Assembly: GCA_963744715.1 (NCBI GenBank)
Contig: CAVUUR010000009.1
Span: 64,001 to 128,000, forward strand
Length of the DNA stretch: 64,000 bases
Source of the DNA: an uncultured bacterium
GTDB lineage: Bacteria > Babelota > Babeliae > Babelales > JACPOV01
Direction: 5' to 3'
The notes under the pieces were generated by a model that saw only the letters and a program-made list of their open reading frames with translations, searched no databases and was not told the DNA's origin. Of this stretch, positions 19,830 to 30,670 are shown piece by piece; the stretch's first letter is position 1, and the number at the start of each line of letters is the position of its first letter. The position numbers were made by a program, and so were the translations under genes.

Positions 19830-20567
19830 ATGAAAATATCCAAAAGTATTATTATAGTAGTGTTGTTAAGCGGTTATGTCTCATTACATGGCTGGAATTG
19901 GCCATTTTCGGCTAAAGAAAAAAACACCGTGTATGAGTCAGGGATTGTCGTTACAAAAAAACATACTATTCATGATATTAAGACTATTGAAGCCAGTGGA
20001 AATTTTTATCTCAAGGTGCGGCAAGCAGATACGGAATCGTTGGTAATTGAAGCTGATAAAAATATAATGCCATTTGTGCAAGTAGATGTCGTTGATCATG
20101 TGTTAAAAATAAACATAAAAGATGATGTAAGATTGGAATTGAATAATAGTATAACTTGTTACATTAATGTTAAAAACGTGCAAACAATAAAACAAGCTGG
20201 TGCAATAACGCTTGATATTGAAGTAGATAATGAAGAGCTTTCGCTTGAATCATCTGGTTCTTCAACAACATTTGGTTCTATAACAACAAAAAAATTATCC
20301 ATAACAGCACGTGGTTATGCAAAAATTGATTTAGGTGGTAAAACATCTTCTCAAAACCTTGTAATTTCAGGTTCTGTTACTTATGATGGCACTGATCTTG
20401 AGTCTGAAATATGTAAACTTAAAGTTTCAGGCAATGCCGATGTAACCGTTAAAGCAAGTAAAGAAATTACAGGTTCTGTATCCGGTTCGAGTGTATTGTA
20501 TTATATTGGTAAGCCAAAGATAAATGTTTCAACGTCAGGGTTTTCAAGTATAAAAAAGGCATCGTAA
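19830..20567 (+). CDS. DUF2807 (GIN / putative adhesin head) family protein
   Basis: Signal peptide; ESLVIEADKNIMP; repeated xSGSxx beta-solenoid units; YYIGKP. Confidence 0.8.
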   Translation: MKISKSIIIVVLLSGYVSLHGWNWPFSAKEKNTVYESGIVVTKKHTIHDIKTIEASGNFYLKVRQADTESLVIEADKNIMPFVQVDVVDHVLKINIKDDVRLELNNSITCYINVKNVQTIKQAGAITLDIEVDNEELSLESSGSSTTFGSITTKKLSITARGYAKIDLGGKTSSQNLVISGSVTYDGTDLESEICKLKVSGNADVTVKASKEITGSVSGSSVLYYIGKPKINVSTSGFSSIKKAS

Positions 20568-20608
20568 CTTACTTTATAAGAAAAATTATTTTAAATGAGG
20601 GGTTTATC

Positions 20609-20939
20609 ATGAAAATATCTAAAAGTATTGTTATAGTGTTGCTGTTAAGCGGTTATGTTTCATTACAGGGATGGAATTTCGCGATTTTTCGCTCAACAAG
20701 GCACGTCTGTTCTAGGAACTGCTATTGCAGAAGAACCTAATGTTCACGATATTAATGACGTTATCGGATGCGTACCTTGCTATCATGCTATCCATGGTAT
20801 TAAAGCTGTTGAATTCCATGGTGATATTTATTACCATTTGCAGCAGTCAAATAAGGAATCACTCGTCATCGAAGGTCATAAGGATGCGATTCCATTAATA
20901 GTTGGAATACCGCGTTGTTGTGCTGCAAAAACTTCTTGA
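20609..20939 (+). pseudogene. Frameshifted, truncated DUF2807 paralog
   Basis: Starts MKISKSIVIVLLLSGYVSLQGWN, nearly identical to 19830; stop at 20740; homology resumes in another frame (KESLVIEGHKDAIP) and then breaks off. Confidence 0.75.
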
Positions 20940-21113
20940 TTGTCGCGATTAATAGCAGGGATACTATTTTTCCATTCTTTTTTACTTCTATTTAAATTAT
21001 TTCCTAACAATTTTTTCTACGTTATCAAAGTTTGTTTGATAAAATAAACAGGCTAGATTACAATAATATTTAACATTTTTTTATAGAAAATTATTGTGGA
21101 TGGAAATGTATAC

Positions 21114-22084
21114 ATGGCAATACTAAAAGTTATTCTTTCGTTGTTGTGCTTGAATAATTATGTATCAGTGGATACATGGCATTTGCCGGATGTGCGCAGG
21201 TGTTATGCGTCATTACATAGTTGGAGCAGACCATTACGGGAATTTTGTTGCAGAATATATGATATGCGAAAAAATATTCGTAGTTCAAGTACGGTAACGT
21301 ATAGTTCACAAAGTATTGTTACTGAAGGTCCTGCAATTTTTTTGCACGGCAACGTAACGGTATATTCAGGAAATATTCATAATTCCATGAATGTAATTCG
21401 AGGTTCAGGAACCATTGTCGAGAAAAAATATGATATTAATGATATTAATAGCGTTGATATTAGTGGAACTATTCAGCTCGACGTAGAACAAATAGATCAA
21501 GCAAATAATAGTATAATTGAATCACTTGTTATCAGAGCTGATGCCAATCTGATACCATTTGTGGTGGTAAATACTGATAATAATAATGAGTTAAAAATAA
21601 GCCAAAAAGATAATATAAATTTTTTCTCAGTGTATGGAATACGGTGTTTGCTTAAGATTAAAAATATAGAAAATATAAAACAAACTGGTGACACCGTACT
21701 CAATATTATTGCAATGAAAAACAAACAACTTTCTCTTGAATCGTCAGGCGATGCAAAAGTATCCGGTTCCATAAGTACAGGGAAGTTAAAAATCAAAGCA
21801 TCTGGTGCCTCCGAGATTACATTAATCGGTGAAGTAGGTAATCAAGAAATTAATGCTTCGGGTTCTGCAAAATATTATGGAGCAAAGCTTAGCGCCAAAA
21901 AAAAGTTAACGTTGACGGATCGGAAAGTGCACAATTACAAATTAATGCGGGTAACAACATTACAGGAACTATTTCCGGTTCAAGTACACTATGGTACGTT
22001 GGTAGCCCACTAACTAATGAAATTTTACGCAAAGGCTCTGCAGAAATAAAAAAACTACCATGTGCGGATGATGTTCCTTTTTAA
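21114..22084 (+). CDS. DUF2807 paralog with a frameshift in the A8 tract at 21897-21904
   Basis: ESLVIRADANLIP; the alternate frame after the tract gives ITGTISGSSTLWYVGSP, matching paralog ITGSVSGSSVLYYIGKP. Confidence 0.75.
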
Positions 22085-23226
22085 GCATTTAATTTTTTAT
22101 GTTCCTGAGCATGTAAAAAGTTGTTCATAAAAATTAAAATTTCTTTTTGTCTTGTGTGAGGATTAAACTCGGTAGAAAAAAAATTAGTATGATTGATCGT
22201 AGTTCCTTGAAACATTTGATCAATAAACTCAGATAACTTTTGTTTTGTAGCATCAGATAATGTTGTAATCATGCCGGATCGCAGACGTTCTAATATTGTG
22301 GCGCCCATAACGATTCGATAGGTTTCCTGATCTGTGGTGTATAATAAAAGATAATTCAGTAACTGCGCATACAGTATAATATATGGATTTACCATCTCTA
22401 GAAATACGGCCCCCGGTAACAAATAAAAATAATAATATTCTTGGTGGTTCAAAAAATCGGCAATAGTGTATTCAAAAAGTTTGAGTCGTATTTGTAATAT
22501 CTTTTCATATACCGTTGGAACAAGCCCTAATAATAAGGCTATATCATCTGATGTTATACCCGTTTGTTTATTGGCAGTGAGATCTGGTAAATTAGGCATT
22601 CTATTTATTTGTTTTATTAACCACTGTTTTTCAAGAATATTATTATTTTGTATGTATTGCTTAAATTCTTCAGACACATTGATTGAATCTTTATAACATT
22701 GGTAAATAAAATTTAAATTGAAGAGGGGAGAAGTATTAATTAACACCGTGATTCCCTGTATGGTATTGGTGCTTAACGTATTGTGGAAAAGATTTAGTAA
22801 TGGCTGATAGGGTTGAGAAAACGTTTCATGAATAGCTACTGGTTTAAATCCAAAAGCAGTTAATATATTGAGATAATCAGGACCCTGCGTAATGGTAAGA
22901 TTTGATTCTATATATTGTTTAAAAAACGGCGCAATTATTTTTAAGCGTTCCATAAATAATGGCCACAGCGCTTTCCAATTAAGTGCTTGCTGTAGTTCTA
23001 GCGATAACGTGGCTGCATAGTGATTTAATTTCTGTTCAATTTCAAGCAGTTCTTTTCTAACCGGTTCTTTTTCGGGAGTTATTGGTTCATTTTTTTTGAT
23101 TTGAGATACAGCATTGTTAAGATCTATGAGATTATTATTCAGTTGAAGCAGATTTTTTTCTAAAAGGGCAGATTTGCTAGGAAAATATATACAACATAAC
23201 ACTATGAATGATACAATTTTTTTCAT
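22081..23226 (-). CDS. Secreted hypothetical protein
   Basis: MKKIVSFIVLCCIYFPSKSA signal; long ORF. Confidence 0.7.
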   Translation of the reverse strand: MKKIVSFIVLCCIYFPSKSALLEKNLLQLNNNLIDLNNAVSQIKKNEPITPEKEPVRKELLEIEQKLNHYAATLSLELQQALNWKALWPLFMERLKIIAPFFKQYIESNLTITQGPDYLNILTAFGFKPVAIHETFSQPYQPLLNLFHNTLSTNTIQGITVLINTSPLFNLNFIYQCYKDSINVSEEFKQYIQNNNILEKQWLIKQINRMPNLPDLTANKQTGITSDDIALLLGLVPTVYEKILQIRLKLFEYTIADFLNHQEYYYFYLLPGAVFLEMVNPYIILYAQLLNYLLLYTTDQETYRIVMGATILERLRSGMITTLSDATKQKLSEFIDQMFQGTTINHTNFFSTEFNPHTRQKEILIFMNNFLHAQEHKKLNA

Positions 23227-23328
23227 GGAACTTCCTTCTAATATTATTGGTAAGGTACTATAAACATAATGATACATTCTAGGAATTTTAAAATATTACG
23301 TGTTTATCGCAACCCTTAAAGGAAAACC

Positions 23329-24216
23329 GTGTATAATCTTCACGTACATGAACTTACTATAATTCAAGCTATACAATCAATTCGCACTGTTTTTTTTGAT
23401 AATCTTTTTTATGCACTTAATATTTTTGATCATGACATTACCTATCTTATTATTATTATATTAGTGTGGTATTTGATTAGCCAAAGAGCCGGATTTCATT
23501 TACTGTACCTTCAAATAATTAATATTGTCCTCTGTTTGATGTTAAAAAATTTTTTTGCTCAGCCAAGGCCCTATGAGATAATGCCTCCATTAAAAATCAT
23601 TGGTACGCATGGTTATGGTTTTCCTAGCGGAGCAGCATCGGGAATAGTGGTGAGTTTCGGTTTTATTTTTTTCTTACTAAAACCAACTCATTTTTTTTCA
23701 AAGCTATGCGCTATTGTTATGATGTTATTAGTGGGGTTAACAAGAATATATGTTGGTGCACATTTTCCATCTGATGTGCTGGCAGGGTACCTTTTGGGAA
23801 TTATATTATTATCTTCGTATGCGTTGTTGCACAAGCCTATAGAACAGTTTTTACATGCTTATACACCGTTTCATCAACTTATTTTTCATGCATCATTTAT
23901 TGCTTGTTTAATACTACTTTATCCTTCTTTGCAAGTGATGGGAGTATTATTTCTATTATTAGGAGCAATTGTATGGCAGTTGTTTTGTGATCCTTTTTAC
24001 AAAAATTTATTATCTGTTTATAGGTCAAAAAAATTAGCCTATGGTTCAAGTGTAGTAGCTCTCGTGGGAATTATTTTTTTGTACCATATGGTAACAATGC
24101 TCACGCAATACATTTCAGATCCAATCTGTTTGTCGATCATGATTTTTTTGATAGCATGTATCATGGGAGTATGGCTGGGAGCAAGTGCGTATGTTTTGCC
24201 ATTCCTTATTAAATGA
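23329..24216 (+). CDS. PAP2 family membrane phosphatase
   Basis: K...PRP, FPSG, TRIYVGAHFPSDV. Confidence 0.9.
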   Translation: MYNLHVHELTIIQAIQSIRTVFFDNLFYALNIFDHDITYLIIIILVWYLISQRAGFHLLYLQIINIVLCLMLKNFFAQPRPYEIMPPLKIIGTHGYGFPSGAASGIVVSFGFIFFLLKPTHFFSKLCAIVMMLLVGLTRIYVGAHFPSDVLAGYLLGIILLSSYALLHKPIEQFLHAYTPFHQLIFHASFIACLILLYPSLQVMGVLFLLLGAIVWQLFCDPFYKNLLSVYRSKKLAYGSSVVALVGIIFLYHMVTMLTQYISDPICLSIMIFLIACIMGVWLGASAYVLPFLIK

Positions 24217-24223
24217 ATAAATA

Positions 24224-25600
24224 TTAAACTACCTTATATCTATTTTTTGCAATAATACTTTCTTTGGTATGATTTATCAAAGGCTTCGGATAAGAGGTTT
24301 GCTGTTTTTTATATTCTTTATACCACATGTGAATAGTGCTGTTTGATACTTTTGCAAGTTCTGGAATCCATGTTTTTATGTAGATACATTCAGGATCAAA
24401 TTTTTTTTGTTGTAACCAAGGATTGAATATTCTAAAATACGGTTGTGCATCAGCCCCCGTAGATGCTACCCACTGCCAATTACCATTATTTACTGCCGGA
24501 TCATAATCAACTAATTGTTGTGCGAAATAACGTTCTCCCCAGCGCCAATCAATGTGTAAATCTTTAGTTAAGAATGATGCAACAATCAATCGTGCACGGT
24601 TATGCATAAATCCCGTAGTATTAAGTTGGCGCATACCAGCATCAACAATAGGAAATCCAGTTTTCCCTGCACACCACGCATTAAAATAACGTTGATTATT
24701 ATTCCAATGCAAATCTTCATATTTTTTTTGAAAAGCATGTCCAAAAACAAAGGGAGAATAATAGGCAATGTAGGTGAAAAAATCACGCCAATACAACTGT
24801 CGAAGTAAGGGGTTGCTCATTCCCAATGCATTTTTTAGTGTATAATATACTTCACGGATTGATAAGGTACCGAACTTGAGTGCTGCAGATAATTCTGTTG
24901 TGTGCTTGGAAAGAATATTATGCTGTTGTGCATAGTGAGCAAACTTATGTATGTTGGTAAGTATATTCACATTATTGCTTCTTCCACCATGAACAGCAAT
25001 TAATGGATTTTTGTCGGCAAGAATTTTTTTATAATGTGATGATTGCGCACCGGCAATTGTTCCAGAAAAAAATCTACCACCATGGTAATGATCGGGTTGA
25101 GCAATTTTTTTGATAGATGCTTTATGATAAAAGGGCGTGAATTTTACGTAGGGAGTACCATTGCTCGTTGTTACATCATCCGGTTTATTGAGTAATAGAT
25201 CATGATACTGATTAAATGCAATATCATGATGCAAACATTTTTTTTCAATCTGTTTATCACGATGTATGCTAAATGGTGTATAATCTTGATTGCAATACAC
25301 TGCACTAATGGATATCTGTTGTATAATGTTTTCAACGATTTGTTCGGGCATACCATAAAAAATGTAGAGTTTCCCATGCCTTTTTTTTAGTTGTTTTTCT
25401 AGATCTTGTAGCGATTCTATCATGAACTGAAGAGCATTACTGCTTTTATAGTGATTGGTATCCTCAACTTGACGAGGATCAACGATAAAACAAGGAACAA
25501 CTTGTTTAGACTGTTGTAGTGCTGCAATAAGACCGGTATTATCTTCTAGGCGCAAATCTCGCCTGAATATAAAAAGTGATAATTCATGGTGCTTGTTCAT
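24224..25600 (-). CDS. phrB: Deoxyribodipyrimidine photolyase
   Basis: RRDLRLEDN, WRDFF, TGFPIVDAGMRQL, MHNRAR, NNGNWQW. Confidence 0.93.
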   Translation of the reverse strand: MNKHHELSLFIFRRDLRLEDNTGLIAALQQSKQVVPCFIVDPRQVEDTNHYKSSNALQFMIESLQDLEKQLKKRHGKLYIFYGMPEQIVENIIQQISISAVYCNQDYTPFSIHRDKQIEKKCLHHDIAFNQYHDLLLNKPDDVTTSNGTPYVKFTPFYHKASIKKIAQPDHYHGGRFFSGTIAGAQSSHYKKILADKNPLIAVHGGRSNNVNILTNIHKFAHYAQQHNILSKHTTELSAALKFGTLSIREVYYTLKNALGMSNPLLRQLYWRDFFTYIAYYSPFVFGHAFQKKYEDLHWNNNQRYFNAWCAGKTGFPIVDAGMRQLNTTGFMHNRARLIVASFLTKDLHIDWRWGERYFAQQLVDYDPAVNNGNWQWVASTGADAQPYFRIFNPWLQQKKFDPECIYIKTWIPELAKVSNSTIHMWYKEYKKQQTSYPKPLINHTKESIIAKNRYKVV

Positions 25601-25618
25601 GGTATGTCTGGCAGTTAT

Positions 25619-25990
25619 TTATAATAATTGTTGCAATTTAACAAGCTTTTGCCTCAATTGTAATAACTGTTCTGAAAAATCAGAAGATTCTTGTGCAGCG
25701 TGATCTATTTTTTGAATGGTGGATTTTTTTTGCTGAGGGGTTAATGTATATTCTTTTTCTGAAAGAATTTTTTTAGCGCCGGCAATAGTAAACTTTTTTT
25801 CGTACAAAAGTTGGTGAATCAACTTAAATTGATCGATATCTTTTTGTTGGTAAAATCGTTGCCCGCCATCGGAGCGATATGCTTGTAAATTAAACTCTTT
25901 TTCCCAAAAGCGAATAACGAAGCGTTTTACACCTAATAAGTCTGCTACGTGCCCTATGCGAAATTGTTTTTGCATTTTCATACGGTTCAT
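25619..25990 (-). CDS. MerR family transcriptional regulator
   Basis: IGHVA...IRFWEKEF...GGQRFY...FTIAGAK. Confidence 0.9.
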   Translation of the reverse strand: MNRMKMQKQFRIGHVADLLGVKRFVIRFWEKEFNLQAYRSDGGQRFYQQKDIDQFKLIHQLLYEKKFTIAGAKKILSEKEYTLTPQQKKSTIQKIDHAAQESSDFSEQLLQLRQKLVKLQQLL

Positions 25991-26173
25991 CCTTTTTTTA
26001 GAAAAAACTGTTATTAGTTAGTTATAACGTAAGAAGGGATGGGGGTAAAATGTAAGAGTTTTTTTGTAGAGAGCCAAAATGTCTATTTTTTAGTAAAGTT
26101 TTCCAAGATTTTTGTTTATACTAATACAATACTGACAAAAAAAGACTTTTTTTTATAAATAAGGAATATTTCA

Positions 26174-27742
26174 ATGAAATTTAAAGAACTATTAATGCCA
26201 TTATTTCTGGCCCTGGCAACAACCTGGGGTTTACAGTATTTTTTTAGTGATCGACATGCACAAAAAAACGTTAATGATCAAGCGGCTAAATCAGGTCAGC
26301 GCTTTACGGCTCCTCAAACAACTGAAATTGAAGTTCACAAACCGTTAAACGTAGAAATTGATTTTAATGATGAGAAACCAACATCGTCTAAATCGATGAT
26401 AACGGCAATTGATACGGAGCATGCTCATTATGAATTTTCTACCGAAGGAGCATCGCTTAACAGGGTAGAGTTCAAAAGAAATTGGGGAGGCAAAGAAAGC
26501 TTTTTAGCTACCGTTTTTCCACCTTCTGCACCGGATAAAGAAAAACGTTGTTTTTTAGTGGGTATGAATGAAAAGACTCCTTATTATTTTGAATTTGTAA
26601 GCAAGCAGGAAGAAGAAGATCGATTTATTATTACCTACAAAGCACCGTATGCGGGAGGTACTCTCTATAAGCGGTTTACGGTATTTAAAAAAACTTACCG
26701 TCTCGATTTAGAAGTAAGTTTCGAATCTAAATCAGCTCTTCAAGAAGCTATCCAGCCGCGTATTTTCTTTAGTTCGCCCTTTGTTTCTGAGTTGGCTGGT
26801 GAAGATACCATTACCGGCATTGTTAACGATGAACGAAATAACGTTAAAATATTTTCAAAAAATGATGAAACAATTCATTCATATTGGTCAAAGCCAACCT
26901 TATTTGGAGCGCAAGATCGCTATTTTGTGCACGCGTTAGTGAATGATCCTGAACGTTTTACGCAACGTGCTTATTATAAAATCGTTGATTTAGATACGTT
27001 ATATTCAGTTCTTGAAGGTCCTTCTATTAATGCAGCTAATTCTTGGACACTATCCTTTTATGTTGGGCCTAAAGAAGATAGCATGATGTCATTAGTTGAT
27101 GATCGGTTAGAGCAAACGTTGAATTACGGGTGGTTCTCTTTTATATCTAAACCGCTTTCAAAATTATTATTGCACATGCTCAATGTTATTTATAACTACG
27201 TTAATAATTATGGTTGGGCAATTATTATTGTAACGATACTCCTTAAATTAGTTCTTTTGCCTTTTACCTGGAAAGGCGAGCAAAGTCTCAAAAAACGGCT
27301 TGAATTTCAAAAGAAGCTCGAATACATTCAATCAAAGTATAAAAATGATAAAGAAGCATTAGCGCAAGCGCGTGCTGAATTAATTAGAAAACATGGTATG
27401 CCCGGTATGGCAGGATGTTTGCCGTTATTTTTACAACTGCCGATTTTTTGGGCATTAAGTATTATTCTGGCCAACGCTATTGAATTATATAAGGCACCGT
27501 TTTTGTGGATTCCTGATTTGTCTGCGCGGGATCCTTATTATATTCTTCCTATTTTGACGGCAATTGCTATGATTTTACACAACCCAACCAATGATCCAAA
27601 GCAACGAGTTTCATCAATTGCGATGGCGCTTGTTGTTGCAGCCGTTGTTTCTAGTTTGTCTAGTGGATTAGCATTGTTCACCGTGGTGAGCACGCTTTTA
27701 GGGGTAGTTCAAGCCGTGGTTGTACGTAGGTTTAATGTATGA
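26174..27742 (+). CDS. yidC: Membrane protein insertase YidC
   Basis: YVGPK, NYGWAII, GCLPLFLQLPI, APFLWIPDLS, DPYYILP. Confidence 0.95.
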   Translation: MKFKELLMPLFLALATTWGLQYFFSDRHAQKNVNDQAAKSGQRFTAPQTTEIEVHKPLNVEIDFNDEKPTSSKSMITAIDTEHAHYEFSTEGASLNRVEFKRNWGGKESFLATVFPPSAPDKEKRCFLVGMNEKTPYYFEFVSKQEEEDRFIITYKAPYAGGTLYKRFTVFKKTYRLDLEVSFESKSALQEAIQPRIFFSSPFVSELAGEDTITGIVNDERNNVKIFSKNDETIHSYWSKPTLFGAQDRYFVHALVNDPERFTQRAYYKIVDLDTLYSVLEGPSINAANSWTLSFYVGPKEDSMMSLVDDRLEQTLNYGWFSFISKPLSKLLLHMLNVIYNYVNNYGWAIIIVTILLKLVLLPFTWKGEQSLKKRLEFQKKLEYIQSKYKNDKEALAQARAELIRKHGMPGMAGCLPLFLQLPIFWALSIILANAIELYKAPFLWIPDLSARDPYYILPILTAIAMILHNPTNDPKQRVSSIAMALVVAAVVSSLSSGLALFTVVSTLLGVVQAVVVRRFNV

Positions 27743-28335
27743 TTGAACAGATTCCTACCTTAAACACCTTATTAAAACAGTTACAACAGGTTCCTTACCT
27801 TGCTTCAAAAAATATATATCGCGTAGTTAATTATTTTTTGTCACTACCACCGGCTAAGGTGCAACAATTTTGTAAAGCTATTTTAGAGGCTAAGGAAAAT
27901 ATTGTTCCCTGTTCTATATGCTGTACGTGGAAAGAGAAGGATAAACCATGTTCTTTTTGCGACTCTCCTAAACGTGATCGTTCTATTATTTGTGTTGTTG
28001 AAACATGGCAAGAATTAATAGCGTTGGAAAAAACGGGCGGTTATTCTGGCTTGTATCATGTATTGGGAGGAGCATTATGCCCGTTAGAAGGCATTGGCCC
28101 AGAAAACCTAACCGTGAATAAACTAGTTACGAGGCTTGAAGGAGTGAAGGAAATTATTCTTGCTACGAATCAAACTCCTGAAGGTGAGGCAACAGCAGCG
28201 TTTGTTGCTCAGAGCTTAAAACATGCCTCGATAAAAATTTCCTGCCTTGCGCGTGGAATCCCTGTTGGTTCTTCATTAGAATTTATGGACCGCATTACGG
28301 TCTATAAAGCACTTTCAGAACGACGTCCTTTTTAA
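27739..28335 (+). CDS. recR: Recombination mediator RecR
   Basis: C4 zinc finger, YHVLGG, EGEATA, LARGIPVG. Confidence 0.96.
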   Translation: MIEQIPTLNTLLKQLQQVPYLASKNIYRVVNYFLSLPPAKVQQFCKAILEAKENIVPCSICCTWKEKDKPCSFCDSPKRDRSIICVVETWQELIALEKTGGYSGLYHVLGGALCPLEGIGPENLTVNKLVTRLEGVKEIILATNQTPEGEATAAFVAQSLKHASIKISCLARGIPVGSSLEFMDRITVYKALSERRPF

Positions 28336-28368
28336 CTTTTTTATTAAATTTTTAACGTTAAAAAATAG

Positions 28369-28557
28369 TTAAGCTGGATAGTCTTTACATTCAGCAGCGC
28401 CTATGTCATCCCACATGTCGCAACCATTACATTGAATACAACATTCGCGAGAAGTAGCTCTGCCGTTTTTACAACATTCTGCACAGTCAATCGCATTACT
28501 TTGTCCAAAGGAGAGAGCCATAAACGTTAAAATAATGAGTTTATATATATTTTTCAT
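28369..28557 (-). CDS. Small secreted cysteine-rich peptide
   Basis: 22-aa signal ending SNA, 40-aa mature part with 8 Cys, SD AAGGA. Confidence 0.7.
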   Translation of the reverse strand: MKNIYKLIILTFMALSFGQSNAIDCAECCKNGRATSRECCIQCNGCDMWDDIGAAECKDYPA

Positions 28558-28768
28558 GATAAATCCTTTTTTTCTATGTTAACCTGATAGCATCTATAAA
28601 AAAAATGATAAATACTATTAAATTTAAGTATACAAAATAATGCGTAAATAACGCAATAATTTCATATTATTGCTAAGTTTAGATTAATTGCTAATCTGCC
28701 TTTAAAAATAACTAATTTTTGAGTATAATTATACGAAATTAAACCATTATTAACGCAATTGGATATAT

Positions 28769-30115
28769 ATGCCTCTTTTTGATAATCACAATGCTTCAAT
28801 GTTTGCATCGCGAAGAACTGTTCTATTGGAATCAATTAAAAAAGATTTTCCAGAAAAAGCAGCATCAGGTATTGTTGTACTTTTTGGTGCCTTTGAACGT
28901 GAATGTTCTCTATTCCGTCAAGAACGTTCTTTTTATTATTTTACCGGTGTCCAAGAACCAGCTTCGGTACTTATGTTGGATATTAATTCAGGAAAATCGA
29001 CACTCTATATTCCAAATTTTGGTGCAGAACGCGCAAAGTGGATGCAAACTCCCATAGAATCAAATGATCATCATGCCGAACAGTGGGGATTTGATAGTAT
29101 TGTGTATGCAGGTAAACCATGCAAAGGATATCAATGTCATCCATTTTTTACATCGCATGAATATGAAGCTGTCTTAAAAATACTAGAAGAATGCGTGAAA
29201 GCAAAAAAAACCATTTTTACGTTAAATCCTACCACTTCTTCCGACTATAGCGAACAACGATTTATAGTACAACGCATCAATACGTTTATTCCTGGTATTT
29301 CTGAACAATTGGTAGATATTTCAGCACTGGTTGCCCGTCAACGGCGTAAAAAAAGTACTAGAGAACTTGAATTGCTCTATAAAGCTATAGATATTACCAT
29401 TGATGCCCATGATGTTGTTGCTCGAGCAATAGCACCCGAAAAAATGGAATATGAACTGCAAGCATTAATAGAATATATGTTTATCTCACGAGGGGCATTA
29501 GTAGCATTTCCAAGTATTGTTGGCAGTGGCAGAAATAGTACCGTTTTGCATTACGCACATAATAATAAAAAGCTAGAAAAAAAGGATCTTGTTGTGATCG
29601 ATATTGGTGCAGAATACAGTTATTACTGTGCTGATTTAACCAGAACATATCCAGTTTCCGGTACTTTTACCAAACGCCAACGGGAAATATATAATATTGT
29701 ACTTGAAGCGCAAGAATATATTGCCCAATGTGCAAGGCCAGGTTTTTGGTTATCGAACAGCGAACAGCCTGAAAAATCATTAAATCATTTAGCCAAACAG
29801 TTTATGACCGAAAAAGGTTATGGCGAATACTTCACCCATGGCATAGGGCATTTTTTAGGTTTAGACGTTCATGATGTTGGTGATTATAAGGAGCCACTGG
29901 CAGCTGGAGATGTTATTACCATCGAACCGGGAATTTATTTGCCTGATGAACAATTAGGCGTTCGCATTGAAGATGATTATTGGGTTATTGAAGATGGTAT
30001 TATTTGTCTTAGTGAAAATTTGCCAAAACAGGCAGATGAAATTGAAGTTATGATGCAAGAAAAAAAAGAGGATGAAGATCAAGACGATTCTGATCTTCAT
30101 CCGGATGAACATTAA
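28769..30115 (+). CDS. pepP: Xaa-Pro aminopeptidase (M24B)
   Basis: DIGAE..YCADLTRT, HGIGHFLGLDVHD, TIEPGIY, GVRIEDD. Confidence 0.93.
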   Translation: MPLFDNHNASMFASRRTVLLESIKKDFPEKAASGIVVLFGAFERECSLFRQERSFYYFTGVQEPASVLMLDINSGKSTLYIPNFGAERAKWMQTPIESNDHHAEQWGFDSIVYAGKPCKGYQCHPFFTSHEYEAVLKILEECVKAKKTIFTLNPTTSSDYSEQRFIVQRINTFIPGISEQLVDISALVARQRRKKSTRELELLYKAIDITIDAHDVVARAIAPEKMEYELQALIEYMFISRGALVAFPSIVGSGRNSTVLHYAHNNKKLEKKDLVVIDIGAEYSYYCADLTRTYPVSGTFTKRQREIYNIVLEAQEYIAQCARPGFWLSNSEQPEKSLNHLAKQFMTEKGYGEYFTHGIGHFLGLDVHDVGDYKEPLAAGDVITIEPGIYLPDEQLGVRIEDDYWVIEDGIICLSENLPKQADEIEVMMQEKKEDEDQDDSDLHPDEH

Positions 30116-30155
30116 TCAGTAAAAAGGCTGAATAATTTTTTTAACTATTTTTTAT

Positions 30156-30554
30156 TTATGCTATTAATTTTCCAAGTTCTCTTAAGATTTGTTTATTGAA
30201 CATGATTAACGTAATACCGCCAACCGTTGCAATCGCTGATGCCGGTACTGACAATACATTTCTTAATAGGTGAGAGACACTTTTCAGGAAAGAAGGATTA
30301 GGTTCTTGTGGGCCATTAACGACTCCATTTAGGTTTTTTATTAATCCCACAATACCACAACAAGCGGCGATCGTACCAACTGCGGTAAGTCCGATTAAAC
30401 GTGGATCATTATTGCTCGGCGTATAGTAAGCATTTATTACACCATTTTTTGCGGATTCGGCAGTTGCCTTAAAAAATTGCACAATGCCACTATCTGCAAT
30501 CATAGATTGCGTTAGAGAAGCACTAAGAATAATAAAATATAATAGTTTTTTCAT
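30156..30554 (-). CDS. Hypothetical membrane protein
   Basis: Signal peptide plus two hydrophobic helices. Confidence 0.65.
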   Translation of the reverse strand: MKKLLYFIILSASLTQSMIADSGIVQFFKATAESAKNGVINAYYTPSNNDPRLIGLTAVGTIAACCGIVGLIKNLNGVVNGPQEPNPSFLKSVSHLLRNVLSVPASAIATVGGITLIMFNKQILRELGKLIA

Positions 30555-30670
30555 AATGTAACCTTAAATTAGTATGAATACAACAATATAGTATTGTTAA
30601 TAGTATCATAATTTAGAAAAATTGCAAACGGGATTAATATTAGAACTTTTACTGCTAGTAGGGTGCTATT

